64,000 nt of DNA. Origin: Paramecium tetraurelia. Taxonomy: Eukaryota. Below the pieces are notes generated by a model. That model was not told the DNA's origin and made no database searches. It saw only the letters and a list, made by a program, of their open reading frames with translations. Of this stretch, positions 1 to 16,500 are shown piece after piece; the first letter of the stretch is position 1, and each line of letters starts with the position of its first letter. The DNA lies in assembly GCA_000165425.1 (NCBI GenBank), contig CT868652.1:310001-374000 (forward strand), given 5' to 3'. The position numbers and the translations under genes were made by a program.

Positions 1-741
1 CTCATTTACAAAAATGACTCCCCCAATTTGGATCTCTTTATTTTATTACACAAATTAAAAGCATATAAGTTATATCCCGTGAATGCAGCTGGGAAAAACA
101 TACATATTGAAACACTTATTTGTAATTATGATGCATTGATTATAAACATCCCAACGAACATCAAAAACATAAATAACTACACAAACCAAAATATTCTACT
201 ATGAATCCTTTGTACTTCTCCTTTCTCTTAAGTTGAAGTTTCAAAAACCCAACTCTCATTTCCGAAATCGTTTATTTCAACCCACCAACGTAGTCCAACT
301 AATTTTCCTAATTTATCTATTTACATACCTTCCACTAATGTTTTTGATTATCCAAAAATCTACTGCTCCCAATATAACTATGGTTTCGTATAGCTTCATT
401 GTTTGGTAGTAAGGAGTTAAGAAATAGAGAATGAGAATGATGAATTTTATGATGAAGCACAACACACATTAGACTGGATTTGGAGATTCAGAAATATCCA
501 TATTTGCACTTTTGAAAAGTTCATAATTTGCAAATGCCAAAGGATTCAAATTCACACTCAATCTCAGCCAATTCTACTCCTTCTCATTCCAATATTGTCT
601 AGTATTATCAATACCACCTCCAATCCCATTAGGTTATTGATTGATTATAGATTCAGCTATACGAGGACCTTGGAATGCTCCAAGTTGAGGTGGTCTAATC
701 AAATTTAAAGGAGGCTATTCATCTCTAATTTAATTGATCAT
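1..741 (-). CDS. TVP23: Golgi membrane protein TVP23/FAM18 (DUF846) family; 3' end probably beyond the window edge
   Basis: ATG at 741 (MINQIRDEQPP...). Conserved [28 protein letters not shown] is restored by removing a 21-nt intron at 308-328. Hydrophobic TM segments present. Confidence 0.85.
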
Positions 742-930
742 AACTGTTAATTAATAATATTATATGTATTTTTATAAGGAAAATATGAGTAATCTAATTT
801 GGGTTTCTTAAATTATCTGAGTTTCAAGGGTTAGCATTCAACGATTCGTTTAAATTTCCATATATAAGCAAAAAACCATCGATATATGTTTTAATAAATA
901 ATTTAAAAAATTATATAAAATTCATCAACA

Positions 931-1753
931 ATGGATTAATAGGCGCAAGAAACATAAAGTTAATATGAGAGCATAATCAATGAAGTAATAGGAAAGCTAA
1001 AGAAAAATTCAGATAAAGGACAATTGTAAATGAGTGAATCTGAGATTCAAACTTTTAAAGATGTATTACAATGAAATACTTTCTTAGCTTTGGTAAAGGT
1101 GTTTAAAAGCAATTTAAGATGGCAGCGATAATAGATTCAAATAACATATCTAACCTCAAATAAAGCAAAATATAGACAACCCTATCGAATATGACCCTCC
1201 TATAGTAAAGAAAATTAAAACTAATGTAGATACTTAAATCATAAAAAAAGTTTATATTTTAACCATCCTTTTATCTTAGGAAGAAGATGACGATTAAAAC
1301 AGAGCTGATGTTGCCTTCAGTGAGGACTCAGGAGACGAAACTAGTTCAAAAGAACCCAAAGTTGATGACCAGAAAGTATCCATTTCTATTAATAAATATA
1401 GAAATATTTGGATTATCAGAACACAAAAAATGAGAGTCAAAGAGAGAAAACCTTATTCGATAAAATCAGAGAACTAGAACAGTTGAAGAACCTTGTAAAA
1501 GTGGAAGAGGAAGATGAAAATGAATCTGAAGAACCCAGAGTATTTGATACATAAGTCTATGCTTAAAAAATTAACACTGAAAATTAAGTTAGTCGTATAA
1601 GAGTATTCTTACATCCTTATATAGCCAAATAAATCTTAAAAAATGAGTTTGGAGAATGTTCTCATCAAGGAAAAAAACAATAAGGAAGCACTCTATCCTT
1701 AAGCTCAACTATTATTTAATTTCAAAACTAGTAAGAAAAAAAACTCTTCATGA
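931..1753 (+). CDS. TFIIA large (alpha/beta) subunit-like protein
   Basis: N-terminal YESIINEVIGKL...FKDLWQRCL resembles the TFIIA-alpha helices. Acidic linker follows. C-terminal QVYAQKI...VSRIR...KMSLENVLIK...LYPQAQLLFNF resembles the TFIIA-beta strands. Four short introns. Confidence 0.6.
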
Positions 1754-1802
1754 GAATCGTGTTTAAATTTTTGTAATTTCTTTAATTAGACAATCCTTTA
1801 TA

Positions 1803-2060
1803 TCATTAAAACTGCTTTTATTCACATTCCTTTTTCCATCCTTTACAAATACTCATTACGCCTTCCATTCCTTCCTCACCTTTCAATCCAGTTTCTAATT
1901 TTTGCAAAAATTAAGTTAATTTGTCATTCTCATCCTTATTTAATTCTTTCTTATATTCATACAAATGATATTCCTTTCCATCCACTTTCGCTGAGCTTAT
2001 CTAATACTTGATCTCATCTATTTAAAACTCATCATCCTCTTTTTTTATTTATTAATCCAT
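1803..2060 (-). CDS. small hypothetical protein (85 aa)
   Basis: Intronless code-6 ORF MDQQIKKEDDEFQIDEIKYQ...CKGWKKECEQKQFQ* with coding-like composition. Confidence 0.6.
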
Positions 2061-2512
2061 CCTTAATTTAATATTAAATTATATATTATTAATAGTTGTG
2101 TTTACAAAATTAATATGCATATTCAAATTACTCTATATAACCAATACTATTGAACATAATTTTAAATCAGATTTTATTTTCATACTAATTTATTTTATTT
2201 GATACTCTATTTATTGTTACATATCAATACTTAATGTTAATCTAACAGATTAAGAATGGATTATAATTGATATTAAAAATCATAAGACAAATATTGAGAT
2301 CCCATTAACTATTGTGTAATTGAATTATAATTTATAAACTAAGTGTAAACAAATAAGACTAAGGTTTTCTAATTAATTCAATTTCTATAGAACCTTCACT
2401 AATAATGAGGTGATGCGAAGATCTATTGAATTATTTTATTTTGTTTGATATATTTATTTTTCTAGTTCCAAAAAGTTAATAATAAATTAGTTTAAAATAA
2501 ATATTCAGTTAA

Positions 2513-5089
2513 ATGCCACCTGTACTTATGAATGTAGATTACATGAGAAAAAAGAAAAGAGCGTAATCAGCAAAACCAGAAGAAACCATATAAAGAGTCC
2601 TTAAATAATTTAGTGTGAGTCCTTAGAGATTTCGATTTACCAAATTTAATCATAAAAAATTAGGTGTTATACATCCAATTCCCAGCAAATTAAAAAAAGC
2701 CAAAACTTAAACATCTATTCCTCAACCTGCAACATATCAATATGGGGATAAAGAATTTATGGAAGTCTTAGGAAAAAAGTGTCCAATTACTGATGTAGAA
2801 CCAGACATTCATTATACTAAAAACGACAAGAAATAGCTCGATGAACATTTGGTTCAACCGTTCTTTTATGTGTAAAAACTGTTTCCCAAGGGAGGCCAAT
2901 CAGTTATGGAACACGATGATGTATTTGTACCATTCCAAACACTCAAATAATCGAAAAGAAAAAGGAAAATGGTCGATGAGTAATACATTAAGATATTGAA
3001 AGAAATGAACAAAGAGGAAAGATAAGAATTTTACACCAAAGGAATTGTATAACTATATCGTTATTATTAATTAGAGAATGAATGTTGAATATGCAATGAT
3101 ATTTAAGAGATTTATGAAAGGATTGATAAAAAAAGGGTTATACGATTAGGATTACAAGTTTTCTACTGAAAATCCTAAAATTCATAAAAAAGAATTGCTA
3201 AAGAAAGGTTAAGAAATGGGTTTAACACTATAAAAGTAAAACTAACCCATTTAATAAATTGAAATTTCACCTAAGAAGAAAAGGTAGTCCAAAAAGTAAA
3301 AGCAATAATATCACTAAATCTATATATCCAAAGAAAACATGATGAAATTTCTTAAGTTTTGCTGTTATGATGAATAATTCTTAAAAAGCGACATAGATAT
3401 TCTATTTTTGAATGTCAAAATGGGGGATTCCCCTAAAGATATGCTTTTAGTAAAACTAGCAAATATGGATTCCTTTCTATTAGATCTGAACGCATTTCTT
3501 CATAATGCTTAAAAATATTTTAAACTTAAATACAAGATCAAAAATTTACTGAGTGTTAACGCAGCCAAGCAAAGAAATGTTTACATTAAATTTTCTCTCT
3601 ATCCTTTCCTAGGAGAAGGATGGAAAGCTTTTAAGGTTTGCCTTAAACAATTAGAAAGCACAGAAAAATTGATTCTTTCTAAGACTAAATTGTAATAGTA
3701 CATCGATTTGATATAAGAGAGGGACACTCTTATCAATATGAAAAGGGTGTGGTCTAAGAATTTATAAAGAACACCTTTACAATATATCTTGTTAAAGTTC
3801 CAAAAGGTTAAAGATATCTATGTTAATGCAATTAATTACAATGCTGAGAGAATCGACTTCTTTAACCAATTTCAAATAGATTTGTTTTTATATAAGGAAT
3901 AAAAGGTTGATTAGATCAATAATTCAAGATTCTTTAGAAATTAGAATATATCAAGTATATCTTTAGATGTGAGGACAATCACTTTAGATGAAGTTGTTGA
4001 GTTTTTAGTTGAGAAATAGTTCAACAAAGAGGAAAGTGATTAGATTGTGGATATATTTTAGAAGATCTTAAAATACTATGGGTTAAGAAAAGCGCCAAGA
4101 AAATCTAAATGGCAATTAGCTCCTGAAATAGAGCCTAATAAAATCTTAACCTAACAATAGATTGTTGAATACTTGAGTTATTATTCATAAAAGTAATTTG
4201 AGGAATGGAAAATATTTAAGACTTTTATTTAAGATTTTCATAGATTTCAAATTAAGAAAATTAATTTACCAGAAGGACGACTCTAACATGTACGTTAAGC
4301 ATGGGAATGTAATATAATTGGAGAATGGCTGATTAAATAACTAAGAAAACTTGATAAATCAATTTCAGTTCTATTATTCAAGAGTTTAGAAGTTTGTAAA
4401 TTAATTGAAAAAGAAGGAGAACTGACAGATTAAAATATTTTACAAGCTATGGAACAAGATGGAAAGTGTTCTTTTGATAAATTTATAAATGAGAAAACAT
4501 AATAGCAGCTTCAACGCCTTTTAAAATTGGCTGAAAAGCAATAATAATATTTAAATTCAAAATCAATTAGTATTGATGATTGGGATTCTGATTTAACAAA
4601 AGCCATTTCTAATTATCAAGTGATTAGTACAAAATTATTCTTAAATCAATAAAAAGTCTAAGCCAATTAAAAGCAATCTCCAAAATAATAACCTGTATAA
4701 CATGTTTCGAAAGATCAAATTGTCTCTGCAGCTAATTTTATTGATGATAGATCTATAGTACATGATTAATAATAGATCCAAGTACTACCCTAAACAACAT
4801 AATAAGTTTCATAAATTATCAAAAGTCCAAAAATAGAATAGTAAAATACCACATTATTAACTGTTCCTGCCAAAACATTTTCATAAAATAATCTGACAAA
4901 ACCTGGAACCTCTCATGATACAATTTCAAGATCCAATTTATCCTCTAACACTCAGATGACTGAAGCAGAACTTGATATGAAAATTTAGAATGCCATGAGA
5001 TTACAAAACAGAATCTTTAGTGAATTGGGAAAGTAAATATTATAAATTATCTTAGTATTAAAGATCTCTCTTTTAGAAGTCTTAAGTGA
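2513..5089 (+). CDS. hypothetical protein (~800 aa), family not recognised
   Basis: Long code-6 open frame (KKKRAQSAKPEETIQRVLKQFSVSPQRF...) with a few short introns and TGA at 5087-5089. Start is uncertain (2513 or ~2543). Confidence 0.65.
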
Positions 5090-5311
5090 GAAATACTTAT
5101 CATTATCATATATTCATTTAATAATATAATCAATAAATAAGAAAAAATACTATTTTTCGTTATATAATTATACTTTAGATGTTAGTTGTAATATAAATAT
5201 TTGAAATAGGATACAGACACTATAAATCCAATTTAGATTCTTACTAATATATCTTCATTAAATTATAATAATATTATAAACATAATTATCAAATACGACA
5301 TGAAAATTTTA

Positions 5312-7674
<2,363 letters not shown>

Positions 7675-7804
7675 TATTTAATAAAAATTATTAATTTATA
7701 ATCCTTTTTAGTATTTTTAATTATTTTTACTCATATTCAAAAATCAATCTACTTCAAAGCAATTGATTCTAATTATGAAACCAAATAGAAGAGATACAAT
7801 TAAA

Positions 7805-8699
7805 TCATTATAAATACATCAACCAATCACTCTCCATTAATTTCCATATGAGCTACTTTCTGTTATTGCTGCTTCTCAATTATTTTTTGTAAGGCACACT
7901 GAGTCCCTCTTAATTTTCTAAGTGTTTATTCATAAATACTACTTTCGAATTTACAAGTTGTCTAATTTAATCTCATCCAATTCGTGAATCAAACCAGAAA
8001 CGAATTAAACTGTTTCACTCCTTGGATTAGGACTGAAATATGTATGAGTTTTAGAGAGTGTAGTTTTCGTGCTTATCAGTGGAGATGATTGCATAGTAAA
8101 TTACTTGCCAAAAGCAGTCAATCCACAAACATCTGGAAGACTGGAAGCCCACTTCTTAATGATGTCTTTCCTTAATTTCTTATCAGCGTCCTTTGTCTCC
8201 ATCTTCTTCTTATACTCAAACTCTGTTTTTGAGGTAAATTTATAAGAAGGAGGCACTTCCTTCCTTTCCTCTTGTTCTTGATCCCATTCCCAATGAGCAT
8301 ACCTTCTTAGAACTCTTTTTGAAGGTTCTAAACTTTTTTAAGTTGATATATAATTACTGAGATTATTTAAGAAATTTATAAAGATCGAACTTCGGTATTA
8401 ATTCAGTTATCTACATAGAACCTATTCTAGTTCTATTGCATATTCCTTTCAAGACTGGACCTAGTTTCTTGTCATCAATCAATTCTTGTTAACGAAATGC
8501 AAATTTAGCAAAAGTAACTTTGCGATCCTAAAGCGTAGACTTCAATTGATTGAATTCTTAAACATTCTTTTTAATATGCGAAAGTTAAACAAACTTTTAA
8601 GCTGATTTTTCATCGTTGCTTGTCTTCCCTTCAATCACATCTTTCAATCTATATTTACTCTAGGATTACCAAAGTGTATACCTTTTTAATGTTATGCAT
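7805..8699 (-). CDS. hypothetical protein (~290 aa)
   Basis: MHNIKK, then a 22-nt intron, then SKYRLKDVIEGK... Open frame to TGA near 7805. Confidence 0.6.
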
Positions 8700-8723
8700 A
8701 TTTTTTAATATAAATTGTTATAA

Positions 8724-9651
8724 TCATATTATTGCAATCATAATTATGTTGAGCATAAGTATAATACTATAGGATTCTGTGATAATTTACAATGAGGCCA
8801 ATTTCTCTAAGTATTTGGCGAGTGACTTGCAAGGCTTACAAATTTAGGCTGCGTCGTCAAATGTATGAGCAGTCATTTTATCACAGTCTTCCTTTCGAAT
8901 ATCTGCAGATAAGGTTGAGTTGCATTAAGAGTTCTTCAAAGAGCAAATATGAACATTGCCAAAAGAATCTACATGTTCTTTGTTACAGAGGTCTGTTGTA
9001 ATGGTAGTGCAATTTAAATTTACACAATTGTTGTCCTTCCATTGACAGCCGTGAGTCTTACAGAGATTCTTATTTTTAATATTCTTGTTCTCGCATGCTC
9101 CAAAAAATCTAGTAGATGTCATACAAACATCTCCTGCCCAATAACAATAGGCTGATGGCTAAAATAATGAGGGGAGCTCATTAATAAATAAATTATTGCA
9201 TTCATCTTCAGTTGTGATGTCGCTGCAAGTAGAAACTGATCTACATCCTTTTGAAGTTTTGTTATATCCACAAAAATTAACCTTACATACACGTCTCGCA
9301 TAAGATGGACTTATTTTTGATACATCTAATTCCTCACATGATGAAATAGGTTCACAAGTTTCCGTCTATACTCCTTATGGATAACAAGAAGTTCGATTAG
9401 TTGAATAAAATTAACTTGGAGCCACACATTCAGCCACCTAAATGGATTTATGGATTGTCTCTTACCTTATTTCCTCTTTCAGAACAACCTTTAACTCTAC
9501 ATTTCTTGGTTCCAATCTAATTCTCATCCCATAAACATTTATGCCATTCACAACTATCTTGGTTATCATGTTCCTAACAATCGCAACTATATGGATAATC
9601 TAATTATGCTTTTAGAACAAGCACTAGAAGAACTTAAATCAATAAATTCAT
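8724..9651 (-). CDS. Cys-rich secreted, probably GPI-anchored surface protein (mini-antigen type)
   Basis: Signal peptide MNLLIQVLLVLVLKA. Periodic Cys with CxW motifs (CLWDE, CQWKDNNC). C-terminal hydrophobic tail SYSIILMLNIIMIAII*. Confidence 0.75.
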
Positions 9652-9825
9652 TACTATTATATTAAAATTATTATATTATTATCATAACACTTTTTATATC
9701 ATTCAAAATAATCAAGCTATATTTACTTCAAATATGAATCTGTTAACGATTCCACTTGTTTTATCTACTAGAAACTTATAATATTTTAATTAATTCAAAT
9801 TTCTTATTTACAATATATTATTATA

Positions 9826-11301
9826 ATGCAATTAAATTACGAAATACTTCAAGAAATCTATCAGAGTAAAAAGGTGAGAATAGAGAAAGTAAGATCAATG
9901 CAAGATAACCAGACTTATATTTAAAAAACGTATCTACAAAATAAAAATGAAGGTATGGTTTATAATGATTGTGAGGATTGAATGCAATTAAAATGTTAGC
10001 ATAGATTAAGAATCAATTTGTATTGTAAGTAATCGAATACCTTGAAAATGAAGAACAACAATTGGTTATAATATAGGAATATTGTGATTAAGGGGATCTG
10101 AAAACCTTTACTCTACAACACATCGGTTACAAAATGCAAGAAAGCATAATTTGGTCACTCTTCCTATAGATGGCTTATGCTCTCCTACAATTAAATGAAC
10201 TTGGAATACAACACAGAGTATTAATTCCTGAGAATATTCTACTGCTAGTAAGAACTGAAGGATATCAAATTAGAATTACAGATTTCCACAAATCTTCGAG
10301 ACAAACTCTCTGTCAATTACCCTGTGCTGCTATATACTTACCATATGAGTACTTTTTTGAAGGACAATACACTTAGAAGTCACACATTTGGCAGATTGGC
10401 CATATCCTCTATTTTATGGTTTCACAAAAACTATTATTCCCAACAACCACCCTAGAGAATCAAGTCAAAGAGCAACTAAGGAGAGGGCGAATACAAATTA
10501 ATATACCCGAGGTCTATTCTCAGGGACTAAACAAACTAATCAATGTCTGTTTGACCATAAGAGAAAATTAGAGACCCAATATTCTCTAAATTTTGAGAAT
10601 GAAAGAAGTTAGAGATGCTCTTGCAAGACCATACTATGAATTTTCATTAGATCAAAGGAGACATCTTATGTACTGGATTAATAGTTCTGAAACTGCTATT
10701 TCCAATCCAGTATAGTTTACATTCAATGAATTTGATTTGCATTCTCCAAGACAAATTCAGAAGGATGTAGTGATCAAAAAGAATTTCAGAAATTCAAAGT
10801 TGCCAGAGATTTTTCAATAAAATCAGCATGCCTTCAAATCATCAACTGATCGCCTTCCAGAATCAGATAATATCAAAACTGAAACCAAAAGAAAGGAAGA
10901 TTTGTATTTACAATAGCAATTGTTGTCAAAAACCTATACAAATAAGTATTTCTAAGGCGTCGTCAAGCCTATTAGTTTTCATAAGAAAAAATAAGTCATT
11001 AATAATACTGAATTGCCGAAGTTCTCTATTCCTTATCAAAAACAACTAGACCCTGTATTTCAAAATCTATTGGAAAATAAAAAATAAATATGTGATCGAT
11101 GGATTGGAGAAACCGAGTATATGTTCCTAAGATCATAAATTAAATTTAATGTAATGTTTCATTATTGACAAATAGAAAACAGATAAATTATTGAGCTATT
11201 TGTAATAAAGGCACCCAAAAGTTGACGGCAGTGTTATTTTGTAATAAATCAATGATATTGCCCATTTAGAAGACTAGAGAGGTTTTTATAAAAAATGTTG
11301 A
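9826..11301 (+). CDS. protein kinase-fold protein (NEK-like), predicted pseudokinase
   Basis: IIQEYCDQGDLK; HRVLIPENILL; ITDFHK; YLPYE; SHIWQIG; RPNILQIL. Introns near 9952 and 11151. Confidence 0.8.
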
Positions 11302-11616
11302 AATTTATTTATTTAAATATATATATAACAAAGTAATTAAATAAGCTTATTGATTATTTTAAGATATAACAAATTTGAACTAATTCTATTTTTAAAGTAA
11401 ATGAAAATAAGACAATATTTAAATTAAAATGAATTAGTTTATGAATAGATATTATATAATTGATTGTAAGAGCATTTGAAATTGAAAAAACTCATAAATT
11501 TTAGATAGGAATATAAAACATATATATAAATATAAATGTATGGTCAATTTAATCAAGATATAATCTTAGAAATTAATTGTATGGGAGAAATTAAATTAAA
11601 ATCAATTTTTAATTAT

Positions 11617-12562
11617 ATGTTCAAATTTCTTCTTAGGCCCTCGTTATTGTTTTCCAAAAGAACAACCAAACTTAAGAATTTGATATAATCAAAAGATTTA
11701 GAGTTTATAATGGAAGCTCATAATGGACTTTCAGCTCTTATTGTATAAGAAGCCGGTTTTAAAGGCATATGGGCTTCTGGATTATCAATGTCAGCTGGAC
11801 TGGGAGTTAGAGATTGTAATGAAGCTTCGTGGACTTAATTGTTGGAAGTATTAGAGTTCATGGCTGAAAGAACTACTATTCCAATATTAATGGATGGAGA
11901 TACCGGCTTTGGAAATTACAATAATGCAAGAAGATTAGTGAGAAAATTGGAAGAGAGAGGAATTGCTGGAGTTTGTTTTGAAGATAAGATCTTCCCTAAA
12001 AGAAACTCTTTAGGAGATGGGGCCTAAGAATTGGCAAACATTTAGGAATTTTCGAATAAGATCAAGGTTATGTAAACATTTATTTTTAGGCATGCAAGGA
12101 CTTTTAGAGAGATAAAGACTTTTAAATAGTGGCTAGATGTGAATCCTTTATTGCTGGATGGGGATTAGAAAACGCATTGGAGAGATGTGAAGCTTATAGA
12201 AAGGCAGGAGTGGATGCCGTGTTGATTCACAGTAAGTAAAGTGATTTCACAGAAATTGAGTCATTTGTTAAGGTATGGAATAATAGATTACCAGTTGTAA
12301 TAGTTCCTACTAATTATTACAAAACTCCAACAGAGGAGTTTAGAAAACATAGTAAAGAATGTTGAAATCATTATTAGATATAAGTTTAGCAATTTGGGCG
12401 AATCATAATTTAAGAGCAAGTCTTAAAGCGATGCAAGACACAAGTAAACAAATATTTGAAAGATAAAATTTAATCGGATTAGATAACATAGCCAGTGTTA
12501 AAGAAGTTTTTAGATTGTAGAATGAAGAAGGATTAGAAAAGGATGACAAGAAATACTTATGA
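11617..12562 (+). CDS. pepM: phosphoenolpyruvate phosphomutase (PEP mutase)
   Basis: [32 protein letters not shown]; signature [26 protein letters not shown]. Introns at ~12067-12089 and ~12352-12377. Confidence 0.95.
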
Positions 12563-13078
12563 ATAGTAATTTACATAAATGTTCTAATAAATTATTCTAT
12601 ATTAAATTTATTCCATAGAAAAGTAATATTCCAATAAAATCATTTTATTGGGAGTGGATTCGATCTTTTAATTATTCATATTGATTTAAATCATTTAATA
12701 TTCATATTTTGATGATTGATTCTATATGTGTACAATTTATAAATAATAATATGAGATTCAAATATTTGAAGGTTGTAATAGGATGTAATTGGAATGATAT
12801 TTATTTTTCAATACAATATTGAAAAATACAATTAATGACCTAATCTACATTATTGTATTTTATTTTACAATATTGTTGATTCTATAATTTTATTTAAAGT
12901 ATATCTATTAATAAAATTATTGAGTTGGTTTTATCATAAAAAAAGCAACGTAAAAAAGTGATTGTAAATTTTATCAAAAATTAGAAATGATTTGCTTCTT
13001 CAAAATAAATAAAATTCTCTATATTCAGTTTTTATTATACAAATCCACAAATAATAATAATTATTTATTTTATTAAAA

Positions 13079-13332
13079 ATGGGATATTAAGCTTACTAGC
13101 CTCCAATAGATACAAAGCATTATAGTAATCTAGCGATTGTACTAACTTTTATTGGATTCTGTTTCCTATCATATTTTGTTATGTAATTTGCATTAATTAA
13201 TTTAGTTACTAAGTTACATAGAATAAATAATAAAGATCATTGGCCAAAGAATTATCAGTCGGTTTGTTTGCTTCATTATTTTTATCCTCAGGAACATTGT
13301 TTAGCTTCTTAGCATTAGGATTATTTTTTTGA
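13079..13332 (+). CDS. TMEM258: oligosaccharyltransferase small subunit TMEM258/OST5
   Basis: YQPPIDTKHYSNLAIVLTFIGFCFLSYFVIYQVTQNKQQRSLAKELSVGLFASLFLSSGTLFSFLALGLFF*. Two TM helices and one short intron. Confidence 0.85.
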
Positions 13333-13578
13333 ATGAATATTATATGCAATCTAATAGAGATTTGGTTTATCACACATCTAATTAAATTTTAAGATTATTA
13401 TACTCATTAATAAATTCTAAGAATATCTTATTATACTCCTTAGTTTTACATTTCATTATTACCACATGTTTATTGTTAATGTGATATTTGAATATAAGTA
13501 AGGTTTTGCTGTTTTAGATATGTAATTTTAGAATAAACTTAGAAATGAAATAAATTATAAATTTGATTGATATCATAC

Positions 13579-16500
13579 TCAAACAGATTGTATTAAATTA
13601 CTTAGCAACTCTTGTTGCTATTTGGTTAATAATTATTAAATTGGTAATTGCTATTATACAATAGGATTGCTATAATATGTTTTGAATTAGGCACTAAACA
13701 ATTTATCTTCATCATTTAGTATTTTGTCAGGATTCTAATACTTGTGAATATAAAATTGATTACATTTCTAGCAATAACAGGTTTCAAGGGTTGGAATCCT
13801 GAACTTGATGTCACTTCCCTATCAGTCACTCTTCCCATGAACTTCAGAGGATTTCGTTTTTTAAGGGTTATGTTTTCAACCATAGCCTAAAAGACATGAT
13901 TCCATGATTGTTAAGTCAAGAATCTAAGTATTAAATGAATAATGTACTATCCAGAAAACAATATGGCAGATAACATAGTAAATATAAATTTTCTTTCGCT
14001 TCTCTAAGAAATAGACTTTATGATTCCTAGTTCATTAATTAAAAAGCTCTCTAGTAATTGAGGAGAGATCTTAGAGCATTCATTGACAAGTACTTCTACT
14101 CCATAAGTTGTAAAGACATGAGCTAGCAATAGAAATACTTCCTTATTGATTAATCGCTAACTCAAATGGGTTGCTTTTGATTTTGAGGATATTTAAGGTT
14201 AAGATTGCTGTTGTATATTGTATTATTCAAAAATGATAGCCAAAACTATGTTTGTCCATTGCGAATTGGATTTGATGAGGAATTTGGATAATTCTGTGTA
14301 TGATGGTGTGCTATGAGAAACAATTGATTTTAGGATTGTCTGTAATTAAGCTGTGGGTAAATTAGTTCCTTAGAATCCAAATTGGAAGAATATGATATAT
14401 GCTTAAAACAAGGAGGAGTTCGACTCATTCCAATTTTAAATTTCAAGGAAGTTTTGTAATAGATTTTGATAATACGAGGAGGCATTAGTCTAAACCTATA
14501 AGAAGAGTGAGTAAATTTGCAAGACGAAATTAGTAACGTCTCCCTTGTTTTCTCTTAGTAATTCGTCTAGCTAATTCAATATGCTTTATTATAACTAATT
14601 GGCAGCTTCGGAGTTCTTGGCAATGATACACACATCAATCACACTTGCTATTATCTCAAAAACCAAATGGACATTCTAAAACTCATATTCTAATTTGATA
14701 TTCTTCAGCAAATCTTAGAGTAAATTGCATAATGCAGCAATGGCATTGAAAATCTCTTATTTCAATAAGTTAATCAATGAATTTGTAAGTTTCAAACTGT
14801 ATGTTTCTAATTTCTATTATTATTTAATATTATTATAGCAATCAGTCAATATCAATTGCAAATATTGTGAAATGTTGACATTTTCAAAGTAAAGCTAATG
14901 ATTAGCATAATTCTTGACATCCTGTCTAACATTAATTAATGAATAAGCAGTATAACAGGCAATGTTGGATAAAGTAGTCTTTTTGCTTAACTATAGTTTT
15001 GAAACTAGAGTGGCAAGAGTTGGTAATTCTACCTTGTCAATCACATTTCTGAAATAGAACAAGTATCTACAATAGAATGCCAATTGAATTGGAGTGAACT
15101 TAGATTCAACTGATTAATTCTATTATTGCATTTCAAATATTTATCCTAATTTAGGCTTCAAACAGTGAGTATAAAATCCAAGGACATTTTCTTGTGATAG
15201 AATGATATCGATAGTTCCATCTTTTGAAGTGAATGAACTGGTGCTGGCTTCGATAATCAAGTTGATAAGAATTATTTCATTATCGACTCCATTCATTCCC
15301 GATTGAATGTAAGCCTATCTAATCAATTTAATATATAAATAATTACAGGTATTCTTAAATGATGAGATTGACCTATTGATTAAAGTGTTTAGTGACTGTC
15401 TTAAAGAGTTCGACAGCTTGTGCCCTTCTGGATTCTAAGTCGCTTTACTCGAAAAACTTCTCAATGAATTCTTATGGTTCATCTGAAAACATCCCGATTT
15501 CATCCTCTAATGTAGAATATTAAGTCTGAATTACTTGACAAAGATAAATTCCTTATAATTAGACTCTCTATAAGAATCTTTATGTTCTGCTCGAAGAAGG
15601 CCTTCATATCTTACCAAGCTATTAGGGTCTTGAAGTATCTAAGAGCACATAATACAATCTAAAACTTTATTTGATTAAAGTAACCTTGTCACTGTCTCTT
15701 CCAGCACTGGTCTGGGTGCATACATTCCAGATTTCACTCGAGAACACTTGGATCAAGTCACCAAAATCATCACGATACTTCATCGCATACAATAACACAC
15801 ATTTAAGAGCTTCACCCTTGCATTTGAATAGGAATTGCTCGACTCCTTGGACTGGCTAGAGTCGGAGAACGACCTTCATGAATTCCATCCAGGATTAGAG
15901 ATTGTCTTCGAAATGAGGATGCAAGTCCTAAAATAATTATTATTTTAAATTACTTAAAAATTTAAATTGTAAAACACTTTTAGTAATGTTTTCAGAATTT
16001 CATATGATAATTACAGGTTTTGAAGGGCTTCTATTTATTGTATCAATGATTTAGCCAACAATAATAAATTGTGATGGGTTGTGTCGCATGTTATAATGAT
16101 TTCTTCATAGAGAGGATCACTCCTCGATTGATAAACATATTTTTCAGTCAATTTGTAGATGAGTTTCAAGGTTTTGTATACATAATCGGGATGTGCGAGG
16201 AATTGATTTAGTTCAGCCATTAGATTGGGCCATTAAGTAGGAAAGTCCCTAGAAGCAACGTAAACAATTGCATCTTTCAATTGATGAATCAATGGTGCTT
16301 CAGAGACTATATAAGCACTTATTATGTGTTGCTTGATGGTTTAGACCACATTTTGAACGTATTAAGCTTAGTAGTCATCAAAATTACGATACTCTTTGAA
16401 CCATAATTTTAACTCAATTGCCGCTCGAAGACCTAGACTAATTTCATAAGCTTAGAAATAATCGAATAACACTTTGGGGTATTGGATGTCACCTCGTATT

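Noticed and set aside
11617..13332. Bacterial-type phosphonate biosynthetic cluster or contamination
   Set aside because: pepM has ciliate introns and uses code 6, and its neighbours are unrelated housekeeping genes.
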